From assembly GCF_000002075.1 (NCBI RefSeq), contig NW_004797441.1, positions 733,047-797,046 on the forward strand: a stretch of 64,000 nt of DNA. Direction: 5' to 3'. This DNA comes from Aplysia californica (lineage: Eukaryota). Shown here one piece after another: positions 49,000-62,900 of this stretch (its first letter is position 1; the number at the start of each line of letters is the position of its first letter). The translations under genes and the position numbers were made by a program. The notes beneath the pieces are model-generated. The model made no database searches. It saw only the letters and a list, made by a program, of their open reading frames with translations, and had not been told where the DNA came from.

Positions 49000-49067
49000 A
49001 AGACTCGCCTGCCCTATTCTCACTCCGGGTGAGAATAGAGGTGGCCATAGATCTAAATAAAACTTAC

Positions 49068-49330
49068 CCGAACAAAAAAGTAACCAAGCAATCCAGTAAA
49101 AATGAAAGGGTAGAAATGTATCAGAGTTGATTGTTTATTATACTAACGAGGTAAAGCAGATCTAGATCTAGTCTATATATTTTTGAAGACGCACGGTACG
49201 TAGGCAAGGTTTGAAATCATAAGAATTCAATCTAAATCTAGCTAAGTCTATTGACTATGATTGCTTGGCCTATCCGCCTGCCTTCTCATTTTCCGGATTT
49301 TCCGCGGCTTTTCCCGAAGTTCCTGTTTAC
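49068..49330 (-). promoter_or_regulatory. Candidate TIPIN promoter and non-coding first exon, divergent from ADPGK
   Basis: TIPIN's ATG exon has an acceptor at 44031-44032, so an upstream exon is needed. Strong donor CGG|GTAAGT at 49067, and ETS-like CCGGAA/GGAA and CpG-rich motifs at 49290-49325. Confidence 0.35.
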
Positions 49331-50315
49331 TACTCACTACAGACAATAATATATCACAAGAGTAGCCGGCCCTGCCTCAAACTCTTCGCTCTGTATCTCC
49401 TTCGCATTTCGCATTCTAGTAGATCTACCACTATTTTTTTCTTCATCTTTGGCCGAAGACAGTAAATCTTCGCTGTTCTGTGCCAGTTAAAAGTCAGTTA
49501 AGTTCTGTGTCTTGGCCTCGTCCAAGGCAAGGAATCTTTTTTTGCCTAGTCTATATGATTGCTCTTGTGGCTTTAAAGTGAACCCCTTATTGGCCTCAAC
49601 TTCAATCTCTTCCTAACAACTTCGAAACACTCGCACCAGTCTGGGTTTTTTAAGGCTTTTTTTGGGTAAAGCCCAAGCCCATGATCAAATTAACTTTCCT
49701 TTCCTTCTTTTTCCGTTTTCCTCTTCTCATGTCTTCTTGATCTTGATGCCAGATAAGGTGACAATAAGCCAATTTAATGCCAAATGTAGATCTAAAATGA
49801 CTCCCTTGCTCTTGTTTTTTTAATTCTTTAATATTGGTTCTAATTGAATCCTCCGTCCACACTATAAAGACAATTTCAAAACTTTGATTATTATGGACAG
49901 ACACGGCTTCGCTTTTATCTGCAATTTGTATGCGAATGTACAGCTCCCAGGCCAATGACCATGAACTGGGCTAGCACCAAGGCCTTGGCCAGGCTAGGCT
50001 AGCACTATTCTTTTGTAGGCTAATGTGAGGGTTAACGCTGCTGTGTGCCAAGGGGGATAAGTTTGTTTACACGTTGAGTGATCGCTTTCTTGTTTGTATC
50101 GTCACGTCGACTGCTACGACGTGCTCAGGGGGCCACGGAGCGGCTCAGCGGTCAATGAGTAGCCAAATAAATTGCATTAGGAAATCGATGTGCTTATTGA
50201 CAGATTATATTAGATCTATCTATTGTTGCGTAGCATCGCTTTTACATTGCAACCATCGGATCAATTCCGTGCATTTTAACTCTTTAAAGTTGACGAGTGT
50301 TCATTCAGCTTCCAA

Positions 50316-50853
50316 ATGGAAATCCAGTTTTCGAAAGGGACTGTCATTCTGTCGATCTGCTTCATCTGTGTCTCCTATTTGTTTTACACGTATTCCGAAG
50401 ATCAAGATTTGCCTGATGAAAGATATGTGATCGATTCATGGACAAAACTGGTTAATCTGCCCCCTAATCAGTTCAAGCGGCTTGCTGTTGGGTAGGCTAA
50501 GTAATTATAGATTCTAAGTAATACGTTGGTCCTTGGCTTGTTTGGGAGTGTATATCAGACCGGGTAACGGGAACAAAGTCACAAAGTATACAGACCCGGT
50601 AGGGGAACTCTTTTGTGATTTCGGAGCGTTTCAGCGCCCTCTTGGCTCAGGGTAGACCTAGGTTCTTCTAGATCTAGGCAGACAGACATAAATCTTTCAT
50701 CTAGTTTCGCGGGTAACCTAGATTCTAGATTCTAGATCTAAATGAAGATTGCGGATGTCGTTTCGATGGACGATGGTTTGTCCTCCGTTTCGGAATTGGA
50801 GGAATCACAATCCGAAGAAAAGAACAAGTTACAATGTCATAATTTCAATCGAG

Positions 50854-50931
<78 letters not shown>

Positions 50932-53900
50932 ACTTTTTTTTTTTTTCCCACCCCTGTGACCGGCCGCCTCGCATTCTCTTTTTCTTTGTTTGTCTCTGTA
51001 TTTCTTTGTCCCCACCTATTTCCCACTCTATCTTTCTCTCGTTCCCTCCTGCCAACTGGGGCATGTCATANNNNNNNNNNNNNNNNNNNNNNNNNNNNNN
51101 NNNNNNNNNNNNNNNNNNNNNNNNNNNNNNNNNNNNNNNNNNNNNNNNNNNNNNNNNNNNNNNNNNNNNNNNNNNNNNNNNNNNNNNNNNNNNNNNNNNN
51201 NNNNNNNNNNNNNNNNNNNNNNNNNNNNNNNNNNNNNNNNCTGAAACTTCCCGAAATCACAAAAGAGTTCCCCTACCGGGTCTGTATACTTCGTGACTTT
51301 GTTGCCGGTTACCGGGTCAAACACTTCGTTTAATAATATACACTACTATTTTTATAATTATAAATTTACCTAGAGTCCAGCACACAAAGGAAACGGTTCT
51401 CCATGTCATCTGATTCTGCAGTTTTTTGGCGTCAGTGTCTTGTGTTTTAGGCTATGTCGGCCCTTGAGATCTGACTCGTTAAGTCACGCGCTCGATTCCC
51501 ATCAGGACCAGACATTCATTATCATTGTCCTTTGGAAAGGCACTGAACAAATTTTCCTCACTTCACCCAGGTGGGAATGGGCATCCAGCAATGGATTTTG
51601 AATGAAAAATCTTGCAAGTTTAGAGCTGCAACCTCTCATAGAGCTTTTGATACTTTTACTGCTCCACAAACCCTTAAGTCTGAGTAATCTCTCAACTGGA
51701 AGTCACAACACTGAAGGCTCGTGGGTGTAGAGTTGGAATTCACGGTTGAATGCAGCTCTGTAACTCCTTGCTCCAAACAAAAGATTATATTTTCAACTCT
51801 TATATAATCATATGTGCAGCTGTATGTTTTAGTTTTCAAATTGTTACTGTAAACCTGTAATCACTAGATATTACTGTATTAATGAGAGAGTAATTACCAG
51901 AGGTGCTAATAATGATACATACATGATGTACCTAAAATACCTTTTTATAATGTCCTGGCTGCCCATATAAGTATTGGGCGCTATCTGTCGATTTGTGCGA
52001 TCCATCGATCGCGCAGCGATTTTGGTTGATCGAGGAAACGCGTGACAATCCATTAATTGTTGTGCATTCTGTTGATCAGCGGATCGCACAGTATAGTGCT
52101 TTTTGTTGATCCATGAAATATATACTTACTGCGCATTCTGTCGATAAACTATGATGATGAAGTGAATAAAAAAAAAGAAAATTGGTTTACTGAGCAACTG
52201 TTAGTCTTGCAGCGTCCTGTTGTTTTGCTTCCAAGAAGAATTGTGTGTTGAATTTAAAGTGTTGACAGTTGAGTGAGGCAGTTAAATTGACACGATGTTA
52301 AATCAAGCACCTGCACGCAGTATTTGGACGGATGTTATTGGCTGAGTACAGTGGAACTCAAATTTAACGAGCTCGGATTCAAAGAGATAGACAGATTCCC
52401 CGGGTTTTATTTCTTCTTTAAAATCAATAAAATTTTAAGTAACCTGATTCAACGAGCACTTAAATCAGCGAGCTCGGATTCAACAAGGTTGCTTCCAGGG
52501 TGAACAGCCCCCGCAGACGTGGCTTCGCTAATTTTTCTCCCAGAACCATTATTCACTTAGCCGATTGCATGCGACCAATCAGCGGCTTTTTAAAATACCA
52601 ACACATGTGTTGTTGGCATGCGCACATGTCTACTCTGGCGTGTGTCGGGGTCAGATGGGCGGCCTGCACACGTGTGGCTGTTTGCGTGTCGGGGAAGGGG
52701 GGGGGGGGTCACTAGCGGTCCGGGCGTTGAACGTCTCATATATATATGTATACAAACGCGTCACAGTCTTTTTTTCCCCTTGGCAACTGATCATTATTAC
52801 AATAATAAGCTAGTTTTGACGTAGATCTACGTTAAGAATTGTGCGCTGGTCTATGGAATCAAAAGTTGTCGTATGCTAGGCTCTACACAGCAACATAACT
52901 TTTTGGTAAACAATCGAGATGACACAGAGGCGTGTGTATTTGAATGAATCGGCCTTTTTTTATTTTTACACAGCTCAAAATATGCAGGCATTTCAGGCAC
53001 TACTTGTGACTTCTCTTGTACATTACTTGTTCAGTGCTTGTAATTATCTACACAAAACCTCGTGTTTGCTATAACGAACACTCGGATTCAACGAGATTTT
53101 AGGTCAGGCCCGGCGACTTCGTTGAATCCGAGTTCCGCTGTACTTCACGTGCTATTCCAAATACGGTCAAGATTTAATGGCTTGTGATAAATTGTTGTTG
53201 ATCAACAGAATGCGCAACAATCATGTCAAACTTTTCTTTTGTCAGTTACACAGACGCTGGATTTTTAGACAATATCTGCGCTTCTTTCTCCATTATCACC
53301 GTGAACTGCTCCATATTGAATAAGTGTTCGGGTGATACTCACCGACCTATAACCCTGATTTCAACTTCCGTTATTGCGATGTAGTAAGGTATTGTAACCC
53401 TGATTTCCTGTTACTTCCATTCAGTTTCGGTTTGACTTTAGAGAGTGAAACTAAATTACATTCTGGACGACAACAAAACATAACAATACTCAGGGGTAAG
53501 ATCTATAGAATGCGCAACAAAATGGATCGACAAAAAGCGCTGCGCGATCCGCTGATCAACAGAATGCACAACAATCAATGGATTGTCGCGCGTTTCCTCG
53601 ATCAACCAAATGGGCTGCGCCATCAATGGATCTCGCAAATCAACAGATCGCCCCCAACCGAAGCATCACTCAAAATTGGTCAAAATCAAACAAAAATTGG
53701 TTGCTGAGAAAACTTGCCTCAAACTTGTTCATAATTTAGTGGACAGACTATAGATGTTTCTTTTTTGTCTCGTGTTCTTTGAAGGGTTTCATTTGATTTT
53801 GTAGTCCTGTTAATGTTTGTGGCAAAGAGTGCAGTGTCATCTGCAACTTGAGTCTATAATATGTATTCCCTGTTTTTGCTCATTTGTCATCTGTTTATCC

Positions 53901-56900
53901 AATGTCCCATGATGCCTTTTGTAAAGTAAACTGTAATTAGGAAACATTCTGGTTTTCCCGATTCAAGCTATCCAATTGTTGTCCACTAATAGGTCCTAAA
54001 GAGATTTACTCAGATGAATTAGTCTTGGATGAAAGTTCATTTCTTGCAGTTTGCCATCATCATTTGATGGTTTACCCAAGAATCAAATCTGGACTCCAGA
54101 AAAATATCACTGATTTAAATTGATGCTTCATTCTGTTTATGCTGAGCTTTCATTTGAATTTGTAAGGCTTTGCTTGTGAGTTCTTTTTTGCCTACCTTCT
54201 CATAAAAGGTCCTTCTGAAGACTCTGTTGCCTTTTATAGCCAACTTGCGAACTTGCTATGCACTGCTCATAGCTAGCTTGCTTTGCACTGCTCATAGCTA
54301 GCTAGATAACTGAGACTTAGTCTTCTCATATTTCTGCTGAAGTGCAGGGGTGTCCCTGCTGCATTGCACAAGCAGCTCTTGTTTACCCTCTTGTGAAGTA
54401 GGAATACTTACGCTGCTAAAAAGTTTTCAACTTTTTCAGGATGTTTCATGTAAATGAACAATTATTAATGAAAGACAATAAAGTTTAGTAGAGGTGGGTA
54501 GAGATGAAAGTTCTGTTTGTGTACAAATGCTTTATGACCGATATCTGAAGTGTGAAATAGTGGTTGAGGAAGTATGTGCATGCATTGAATATGTTCATAC
54601 GATCATAGACCTATTTGACCCTTTACGCATATGTGTGTTTAAAGAGCAAACAGAAATATCTTTTAAAAATGTTTATAGAGGAAGCCGTTTTTGTTATGAC
54701 ATGCACAGTCAATAGACTTGACAATAGGAAGCATTCCTTTTTAAAATATTATAAGGTCATTTTTGTAATTACATTATATGTGAAGTATGTCTCCCGGCTA
54801 CTTGAGGGTAGTTTTTGGAAAACATGCACAATGAAAAATACTAGTCTTAACCGGTTTAAAGGAATACTTTTTTTCTGCGTTCGTGTAACTAATGAAGGTT
54901 TTTAGAGTTTGCTTATAGTGAGCTTTGTTGATAGGGTTTTGCTCCCCTCTAAACATTGTTATAATAAATTAAGGGTATGCTTTAAAACATTCTCCTGAAC
55001 TCCATCTATTGCAACTGACACACAAAAGATGTTTCACTGCTTGAAATAAGTCCTGAATATTTTTTGATAACTTTTTCACTTCCACAGCATCAACTCTAAC
55101 ATCGATGTCATTGTCTCGGGCACAGAGCTTTTAAATACTCTTCATATCTCTCCTGCTAAGCGAAAAGATCATGCCACCATCAACAACATCGGGCAGCTGC
55201 AAGAAGCGTTTGCCTACTTCTTTGCTAAAGGTGGTGCTGCTGAACGTCCATTTACAGATAAGGCGGAGTATCAAAGGATCATTCAAGCAGCCGAAACTTT
55301 AGGTCATGTTGAGGTGAAGTATGAATTGCAATGCTTGAATATATATAGCCTGGAATAATTTTTGCTTGACCTTACATAAAATTGTTTATTGTATTATATT
55401 GTTGTAGGGTTTTTTTTCTCCTTTTATTTCTGACAAAAAATTGTTCTAGGTTTTGTGAGTAAGACAAGATACCCCCCGGGGCAGTGCCACTGACTGTCTT
55501 TAAGGCTATTCCCAAAGGGGGGACATTTCTCATTCAAGCACAGTAAATTTGTAAATGGGCTGATTCATCATGTCACACTCATAACTGTGCCTGATCTACA
55601 ACAGGGAACTGCTGCTTTTTCTTTCTTAATCCTTACTTTTGTCATTTCCTCTACTTCTTTTGTATGTTTGTCACACTCTTGTGACCCGCTTTTTCCGGGG
55701 TGCCTTAATAGTCAAAGCAGACCTTGTGCTGTCGAAGCTAGAGAGGTGAGCAGAGTAAGTCTGATTCCCTGTAAAGACTTCTCTGTTGAAACCCACCCCT
55801 TGGCGCTCATATGACCTTATGCAGTTGCGAGCGCCCTCTACTAAGACTAAGAGTAAGACAAGAAGCTAGTTTGTAGATCAATGGTATTGGTGCTCTGGGC
55901 TTCGAGAATGCTTCTGGGATGAGGTTACTCAGACTGCAAGAACAACATCGCAATGTGGTTTTGTGACTTCAAATAAATAGATGCAGTGGCTCTGTGGAGA
56001 AAGGTCCTTTATCTAATTATTAACAAAAACTTGATGGACAGAACAAGCTATTTATGACTGTCCCCTCATTTGATACTCAAATATATGTCCTTTGACACTG
56101 ACCACCTATTTTGTCTTTTGGCTTTAGATTTTTCCTAGTAATTTTCATCCACTTTTTAAAAAAATGAAGATGTTTAAAGATCTATTGTTCCTTCCAATGC
56201 TGTCTACCTGTCATATTTTGTATTTGTTATTTCTACATTTGTATGTATGGTCATACAGTCGAACTTCGTTATGGCAAAGTTGATGTTTCAGGTTCCTGAA
56301 TATTTATTTCTTTACGTTAAAATCAATTTTTAATGTTGTTTCAGCACTACATTGGAGGGAATGCTGGTCTTATGGCATATACAGCGTCTAACCTTTTTCC
56401 AGACTTGAAAGTAAGTGGATCGAATACGTTTTTTAGTTTTTGTAGTTTTCTTTGACTTTTGTAGGTTTTCATAACACTTTAATTGCTCTATGATTGGGTT
56501 CAAAGTTGTTCTGTGTCACCAGGCACCATCCCATCTTGACATAATCTGTTATTATGATATTAAATAGTTTGTTGTGCAAGCCTAGTTAACTTCAAAGACA
56601 CAAATCCCCTTAGTGTGGCAGTGCGAGGTGTAGATGGATAGGTTCTGCCGTTGAAAATGTAGAACTATAAAATTGTGCTCAATTGTTTATGTTTTCTCGA
56701 AGTGTCTTTATGTGTCTGTATTTTTCAAAATCAGTCTTCAAATATCAGAATGAAGAGGTCATAATTCTTCTTCTTTCTCTTGGAAGATCCTGTTTGCTGG
56801 ACCTGTGGGCCCCTTACTGGAGAGCTTGATGCCCAAGACCCTTGAGATCCCATCTTCATGCAAAATTGCCAGAGATGAAGTCCACCTAATCATGGAGTAT

Positions 56901-59900
56901 AAAGTTGGAGAGAAATGGGGGGATGCTGAAGCATCTGTTGCTACCAGATTCATAGCCACCTATGATGAATCTAATTCGAAAAGTTTGATGTTGGAGCCTT
57001 TTTTTGAAAGCCTGAAAGCTTTCAAGCCAGATTTAATTCTTTTATCAGGTACTTAGTATTTTAATGAACTCTTAGATTTGATCTAAGGTAATAACATTTT
57101 TGTAAAGCATTAAAGGTCAATTAACTCTTTTGGCAGTAAACATGGCATATGGCGTGCCAACGCAGCTGGTCCCCGAGCGGAAAACACAGTTTATGCCGTG
57201 CTCACACCTGACACACTGATAGTCTTAATTTTGAGCTACTCTGACGCTGTTAAAGAGGGAGAATGACACTATAAATTATTCCTAGAGAGTTTCGTTTTCA
57301 TTTTTCACATAGTTTGCAAACATAAGCCATGTTCAAATGAACCCCTACCTAATTTCTGATGTTCAGTTGTTTCTTTTTATAAAAAAAAAACAGAACAGCA
57401 CGGACACCTAATACAAATACGCAGTATATTCTCTACGAATTACAAGAACAGGAAGACTGAGGGAAAAAAATAGACAGAAGAGATAGATACCATTAACTGA
57501 GATCCACTTTGATTGACTTGACTGATTCAAACAATGTCACTGAAGATGAAGCTGCTGGGTGACTTGTTGAGGAGGCACCTCAATTTGATGACAAGTTGTT
57601 ACCTCCACTCACAGGAGAATCGAGTTGTGAAAACAGATCTGATATGATTCATTGATTGTAATCAAATTATTCTGACACCTTATTCACTTTTGAGTATTTT
57701 GGTGCTTAATACATATTTGCATGTGTTATGGGTTTTTATAAAGTAATTTTTAGTCACATGACCACTATTTGTTAAAGAAATGGCCAAGTAGTCTCTCACT
57801 CAGAGGAAGTTCCGTGGGGAAACTAACTGCTGCCCAAAGAATTGAGTCTAATCTTTATATCTGGCATGAGAAATATTTTACTTCTTTCTTGTGATTTGCA
57901 CGGTACAATGAGAGTGGAAGAAATGTTGGTTTTGTTGTCAAACATTTTAAGGGAATGTAATTTTGTTTTAAAATGTATGAAATGTATGAATTGTTTGTTT
58001 TCTCAATGGCTGATATATTTGTAATTTATCAATAGATCAGACCTGATGAATCATTTTGGAAGACATGCTTGTAGTATGCTGCCCTCAAATCTTGATTTTC
58101 TCTATTGTCTCATGAATTTTTATTTTACCAAGAATTTAGAAAGATTTGAAATATTTGCATGCTCTAAAAACTTTTATTTTTGTATCTCAGGTTTGAATAT
58201 TTTGGATGGTCAGACTCCAGAGTTCTTTCAGCAACGTTTAGAGAAATTAATCACTTTGTCTAAAGAAGTTCCTTCAACGACACCTATTCACCTTGAGCTT
58301 GCCAGCATGGCGAACAAGAACTTTGTGAAAGAAATTGTCGAAAAGGTATTTATATGTTTGTGTGAAGCTTCTTTACAACATTATATGAATTTGTACTCTT
58401 CGCATAGGTCTTGCTGTAAAATTTGAAGTATAGAGAAGTTAAGTATTGATTTATTTAAGAATTCCTCTTTATGTTACAAAGGGATTTGCAAATTAGCTTC
58501 AAAATCACGTTAGTCTGTGAACAGAACCTGTCAACAAATTTGGCGAAGCAAGTTAATTGAATGTACATGTACTTTTTTTTCTTGCTTTGTTCTCAATATT
58601 TTTAGTCGAAGTTCTGTTGTATATGTGAAATTTTTTAATATACTTTCAAGATTCTTATTTTTATTCTTTTATACGAAGGGCCAGTCTTAAGACAAATGTG
58701 TATTGTGTGTGCTTTGATTTGATGTTTCTATTTATGTCTTTTATCTCTGATTGGTTGTTTTCTTCAATGTATTTATTTTCATAATCTAACAGCTGTCTGA
58801 GCTTTTGTCCGTTGTTCCAGTTTCATGGTAAAGGTTCTGATGGTGTTTGATAGTGCATCAAATGAAGGATTTTTTTTGCATGTCTGGTATTGGTTTTTGG
58901 TAGATATTTATTAGGTCGCTATTAGGTGCGTTGCAGTCAGCATGCAAGGAGATGATGTATTAGTGGGGCATTGATAATGGCAGTGTGGATTGGGTGAGTT
59001 TGTTTTCAGGTTTTGTGCTGACTTTATGAGCCGTATGATTTTTTTACTATTGTGTAGTTGACTCTTCAAAATATTTTCTTATAGCTTGGAAATGCTGAGA
59101 CTTTTGTTTTTGCAGAATATTGTCTGTTAAAATGTGCAATACCTTACACCACAATTTGGTTTCTGTAGACATTTATCTATAAATGTATTCCAACTGCTTT
59201 TCTGGAAAATGGTGACCAGTCTCATCTCTCAAATGTCTTTATCTGTCCTTATTGTTGATAGTTCTAGTGTGGGGGAAGCATGTTGTGGTGTAGACTGACT
59301 CCCTGTTTTGCTGTGTCCTCTCATGTGTTTGTTTGTCTCATCAGTATAGCTGTCTGTTCAGCAAGGATTGTGATGGGCTGTTTGTAAGGCCTACTTCTCC
59401 AATTTTGCCAATTTGTGTTGTACATACAGCTTTGCAATGTGTGGGCATTGGCATGCACAGGAATAAAAAGTGTGACAGCTTGAACTTGAAGAGTGTGAAA
59501 ATTTTTAATTTGAATATACAATTATAAATAAAGACATGCTACTGGGGGGGGGGGGGGAGGGTTTAGCTCAATGTTTTTTACAGCAGGTGGTTGGATGTGC
59601 CACTGGCAGGTCCTACTTCTTTACTTTCCCCTGTTGCTTCTGTCTGTTTTTCCCCTTTACTCAAACAAATGAATGATTTCTTACACTATGTGTGTTATTT
59701 GCTATGAGTTTTAAAAGTTTTTCTTTAAACTACAAAAATGGAAAGCAGACAGTCTGTTTCATTCATAAGGAAGGCTATACAAGACTGCTCTCACTATGAG
59801 AATGAATGATTCATCACTGTACCAAAAGAGGGATACACTTAATCTATTGGGATGTAATTAGGTCCAGTATTGACTGTTGTTTCAAGCTGCCCAAGAATTT

Positions 59901-62900
59901 ATCTTGAACATTTTTCCTTTATACTTATGTGGTATCTATCACTTAATTTTTGGGGTAAAAATATTATATTACTAAAAAAAATTTAACCACATTCGTAATA
60001 TTTTGGCCAATTTACTTTATTTTTGAGTGCAGTACTTCAAAAAAGCAACTTTGTTCTAATCAAAATTAAAATCATAACAGGCATCTCAAGACTGAAAGAC
60101 TTCTAGACTTGAGACGGTTGTAGCACACAGTGAATGAAAGATCTCACAAATAATTTAGCGTGGAGCATCTGTAAAGACATTAGTGCATAGAGCTGGGTCT
60201 TATAGCAAAACTGGCCTTGATATCTATCTGGAATTTGTCTTTTCTTGTTTATCAGGGTTTTTTTCTGGGTTTTTTATCAGGAGGGTTGAGGGGAGAGGGT
60301 GACATTTTTCATGTGCTAATAGGCTCACAGCTATGAAAATGTACTGTAGTTGTCATTGTTGAGTTTTATATATACATTTTTCATATGCTTATTTGTTTAT
60401 GGATTCATATCAGAAAGATTTCACTATTTGTCAATCTGATGGTCCTTAAGAGGAAGATTTCACTCCATCCATGTGACCCGAGAGAGTACAGCTTAGTTGT
60501 GTCTCTGAATATGATAATGATTCTGTCTCTGAATATGATAATGAAAGAAATATTTGTGAGAAGAAACGTCAAAGATTATAACAAGTTTAAATTTGGGTCC
60601 CCTTGCCTCCCTTCTTTATGGGTCTGTAGTCCCTATGTTTACCTAGTGAGATCAGGAGATTGGTAATGGTGTTGTCCACCCATTACAGTAATATACCAAA
60701 ACATAAAAACAACAAGAAAAAAACTTGTTCTAGAGAAAATGTTTCTTAGAATGATTGACATATTTCGATTGTGAAAATAATCCACTTATCATTGTATATT
60801 ACTGTAATTCAAATTGAATCATGAATGTCAAAAAAAATCTTTTCACTTGCATGACTGTCTTAACTCTTATCCTGCGTCTGTGCTGAGATGCGAATCTTAT
60901 CAGCAACCATTTACGTCAGATGTTCTGGGCAGGCCGCCGGGGTCACTCAGTGTGTACTGTTGGTGTACAGCGCGCGCGCCAGGAAATGTGTGTTTTCGCC
61001 CTGGATACTGCGGGAGTGTGTTAATCGATTATGAAAATAACGCTCTATCTTTCATAGCTTTCTATTTATAAAGTGTTACAAACACTTGAATAACCCCCTC
61101 TTATAAGCTGATAAGACATTACGAGTAGTTATGCCAATTCAAATAACCTTTCTAGATGCTCTTGTTGTTATGAATGACCTGAGATTCGAAAGAGGATAAT
61201 ATAGGTCAATTTCCTAATGTTTTGCGCACAAATTGTTCTTTGTACCTGCACAATGGTATTCAAAACTATCAAACAAACTTATTTTTTATCAGATAGTATC
61301 ATTTCATACAAAATCAAGCTCATTTGAAAGATTTTTTATGGAAAAATGGAAGTCTTGTTTCCTGACTATCCTTTCGAGCTTCTCATGTCTAAGTGGGTCA
61401 ATTTCTTCTATAACTTCATTGGACGAACATCTAGAGCTACCAACTTGGCGTTGTTTTGAATGAGACGTATGCCTCGATTACAAACCAACGCAGGTGGTTC
61501 TAGAAGAAGGCCACAAATGCACACAAACTCAAGCAGACTGACGCACACACACTTGACCTGTGTGAATGGGGATCCGACGCGGGACCCGAATTTCACTTGA
61601 GATGATGCTCGGCGCACGTACGCTGAGCCAGGGGCCAGACTTACGCGGGACCGGAACGCAGGCGAGGTGGCGAAATAGGCTTATCGGCCGACGTAAACCC
61701 GTCCCTCGAAGGACGAGAGTTAATGTACAGCAAGATAATGAAGCTGCGTAGTTTGAACAGTTATAGGACTTTGGTTTATATTGTTTAAGGATTCAAAATG
61801 TGTTTTGCTGTTAACTTTGTTACAATCTAAGCCTGGTGTATTTTTTCTTTTCTCGCTTTTATGATACTTTCCTGAGCCTTTTCCAAGTTTAGTGCACTTA
61901 GATGTTTGAAGTGTGGTGTGGGTTACATTTTCTTGGTATGATAACGAATGCAGGGGAAGCTTTGTTGTTGTTGACGATGCCAAGGAGCAGTGATAAGTGG
62001 ATTATTTTCACAATCGAAATATTTCAATCATTTTAAGAAACATTTTCTCAAGAACAAGTTTTTTTCTTGTTGTTTTTATGTTTTGCGTATTACTGTAATG
62101 GGGGGGGACAAGTTTTCAAATTGAATCATGAATGTCAAAATAATCTTTTCTCTTGCATGACTGTCTTAATGTACAGCAAGTGTCCTCGATGTGTGTTGCT
62201 GTTAAATTGTTACAATTACCTTTAATTTTAATTCAAAAATTGAATGTGCAGTGATTGAAGACTTTCTTTATTATATTGTTGTTGGTCTGAAAAGTTTCAG
62301 CTTTTGCCCCTTGGTTGAATGCCATGAGGTGGTTTGTGTAGGTCTTCTCCACTTGTTGTGTTCTTGCCATCTTGACTCACTGGAAGAAAAGTTTTGATTT
62401 TGTCGAGCGCTGGGCAACAGGAGAATTATGATTTTTTTACTGTCTCATATGGGTAGTCACACAACAAATACTTATGGCAATTTTCTTGTGGTTGAAGCTG
62501 TGCTCATTGCCTGCTCTGTTCTGTTCTTTAGAGATGGATTTTATTGTGACAACTTTGTTTTAAGATATTGATAAGAGAACCCACCCCACCCCCGGAACCA
62601 GTGTGATACTGTGTTAGGACCCTCAAATTGCTTTGTCATGATCTTGAGTTTTCTCCTGGCATAATCCTACTTGAATAGGCAACAAATTTTATTTTGTGAA
62701 TGACTGGGAAATGGCAGGGTCCCTTCATGTGAGATATGTTCACTAATTTAATGCCCAGAGAAGTAAAAATGGTGAAAAATTATTCTCTTTTAATATTGCT
62801 GTGTGCACGACTTTCCCTTTTTTCCTTTGTGCTAATAAATTATACAATGCTTTGAGCCTGTTGAGACCATCGTGATACATCAATAGAATAAATGGATGTA

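Noticed and set aside
49350-49620. ORF-like minus-strand stretch (EIEVEANKGF...LLECEMRRRY)
   Set aside because: Interrupted by stops and not recognisable; possibly a TE remnant, unsupported as a gene.
50742-51333. ORFs with SLSLSL/ERERER runs and X stretches
   Set aside because: Translations of a (CT)n microsatellite and an N gap.
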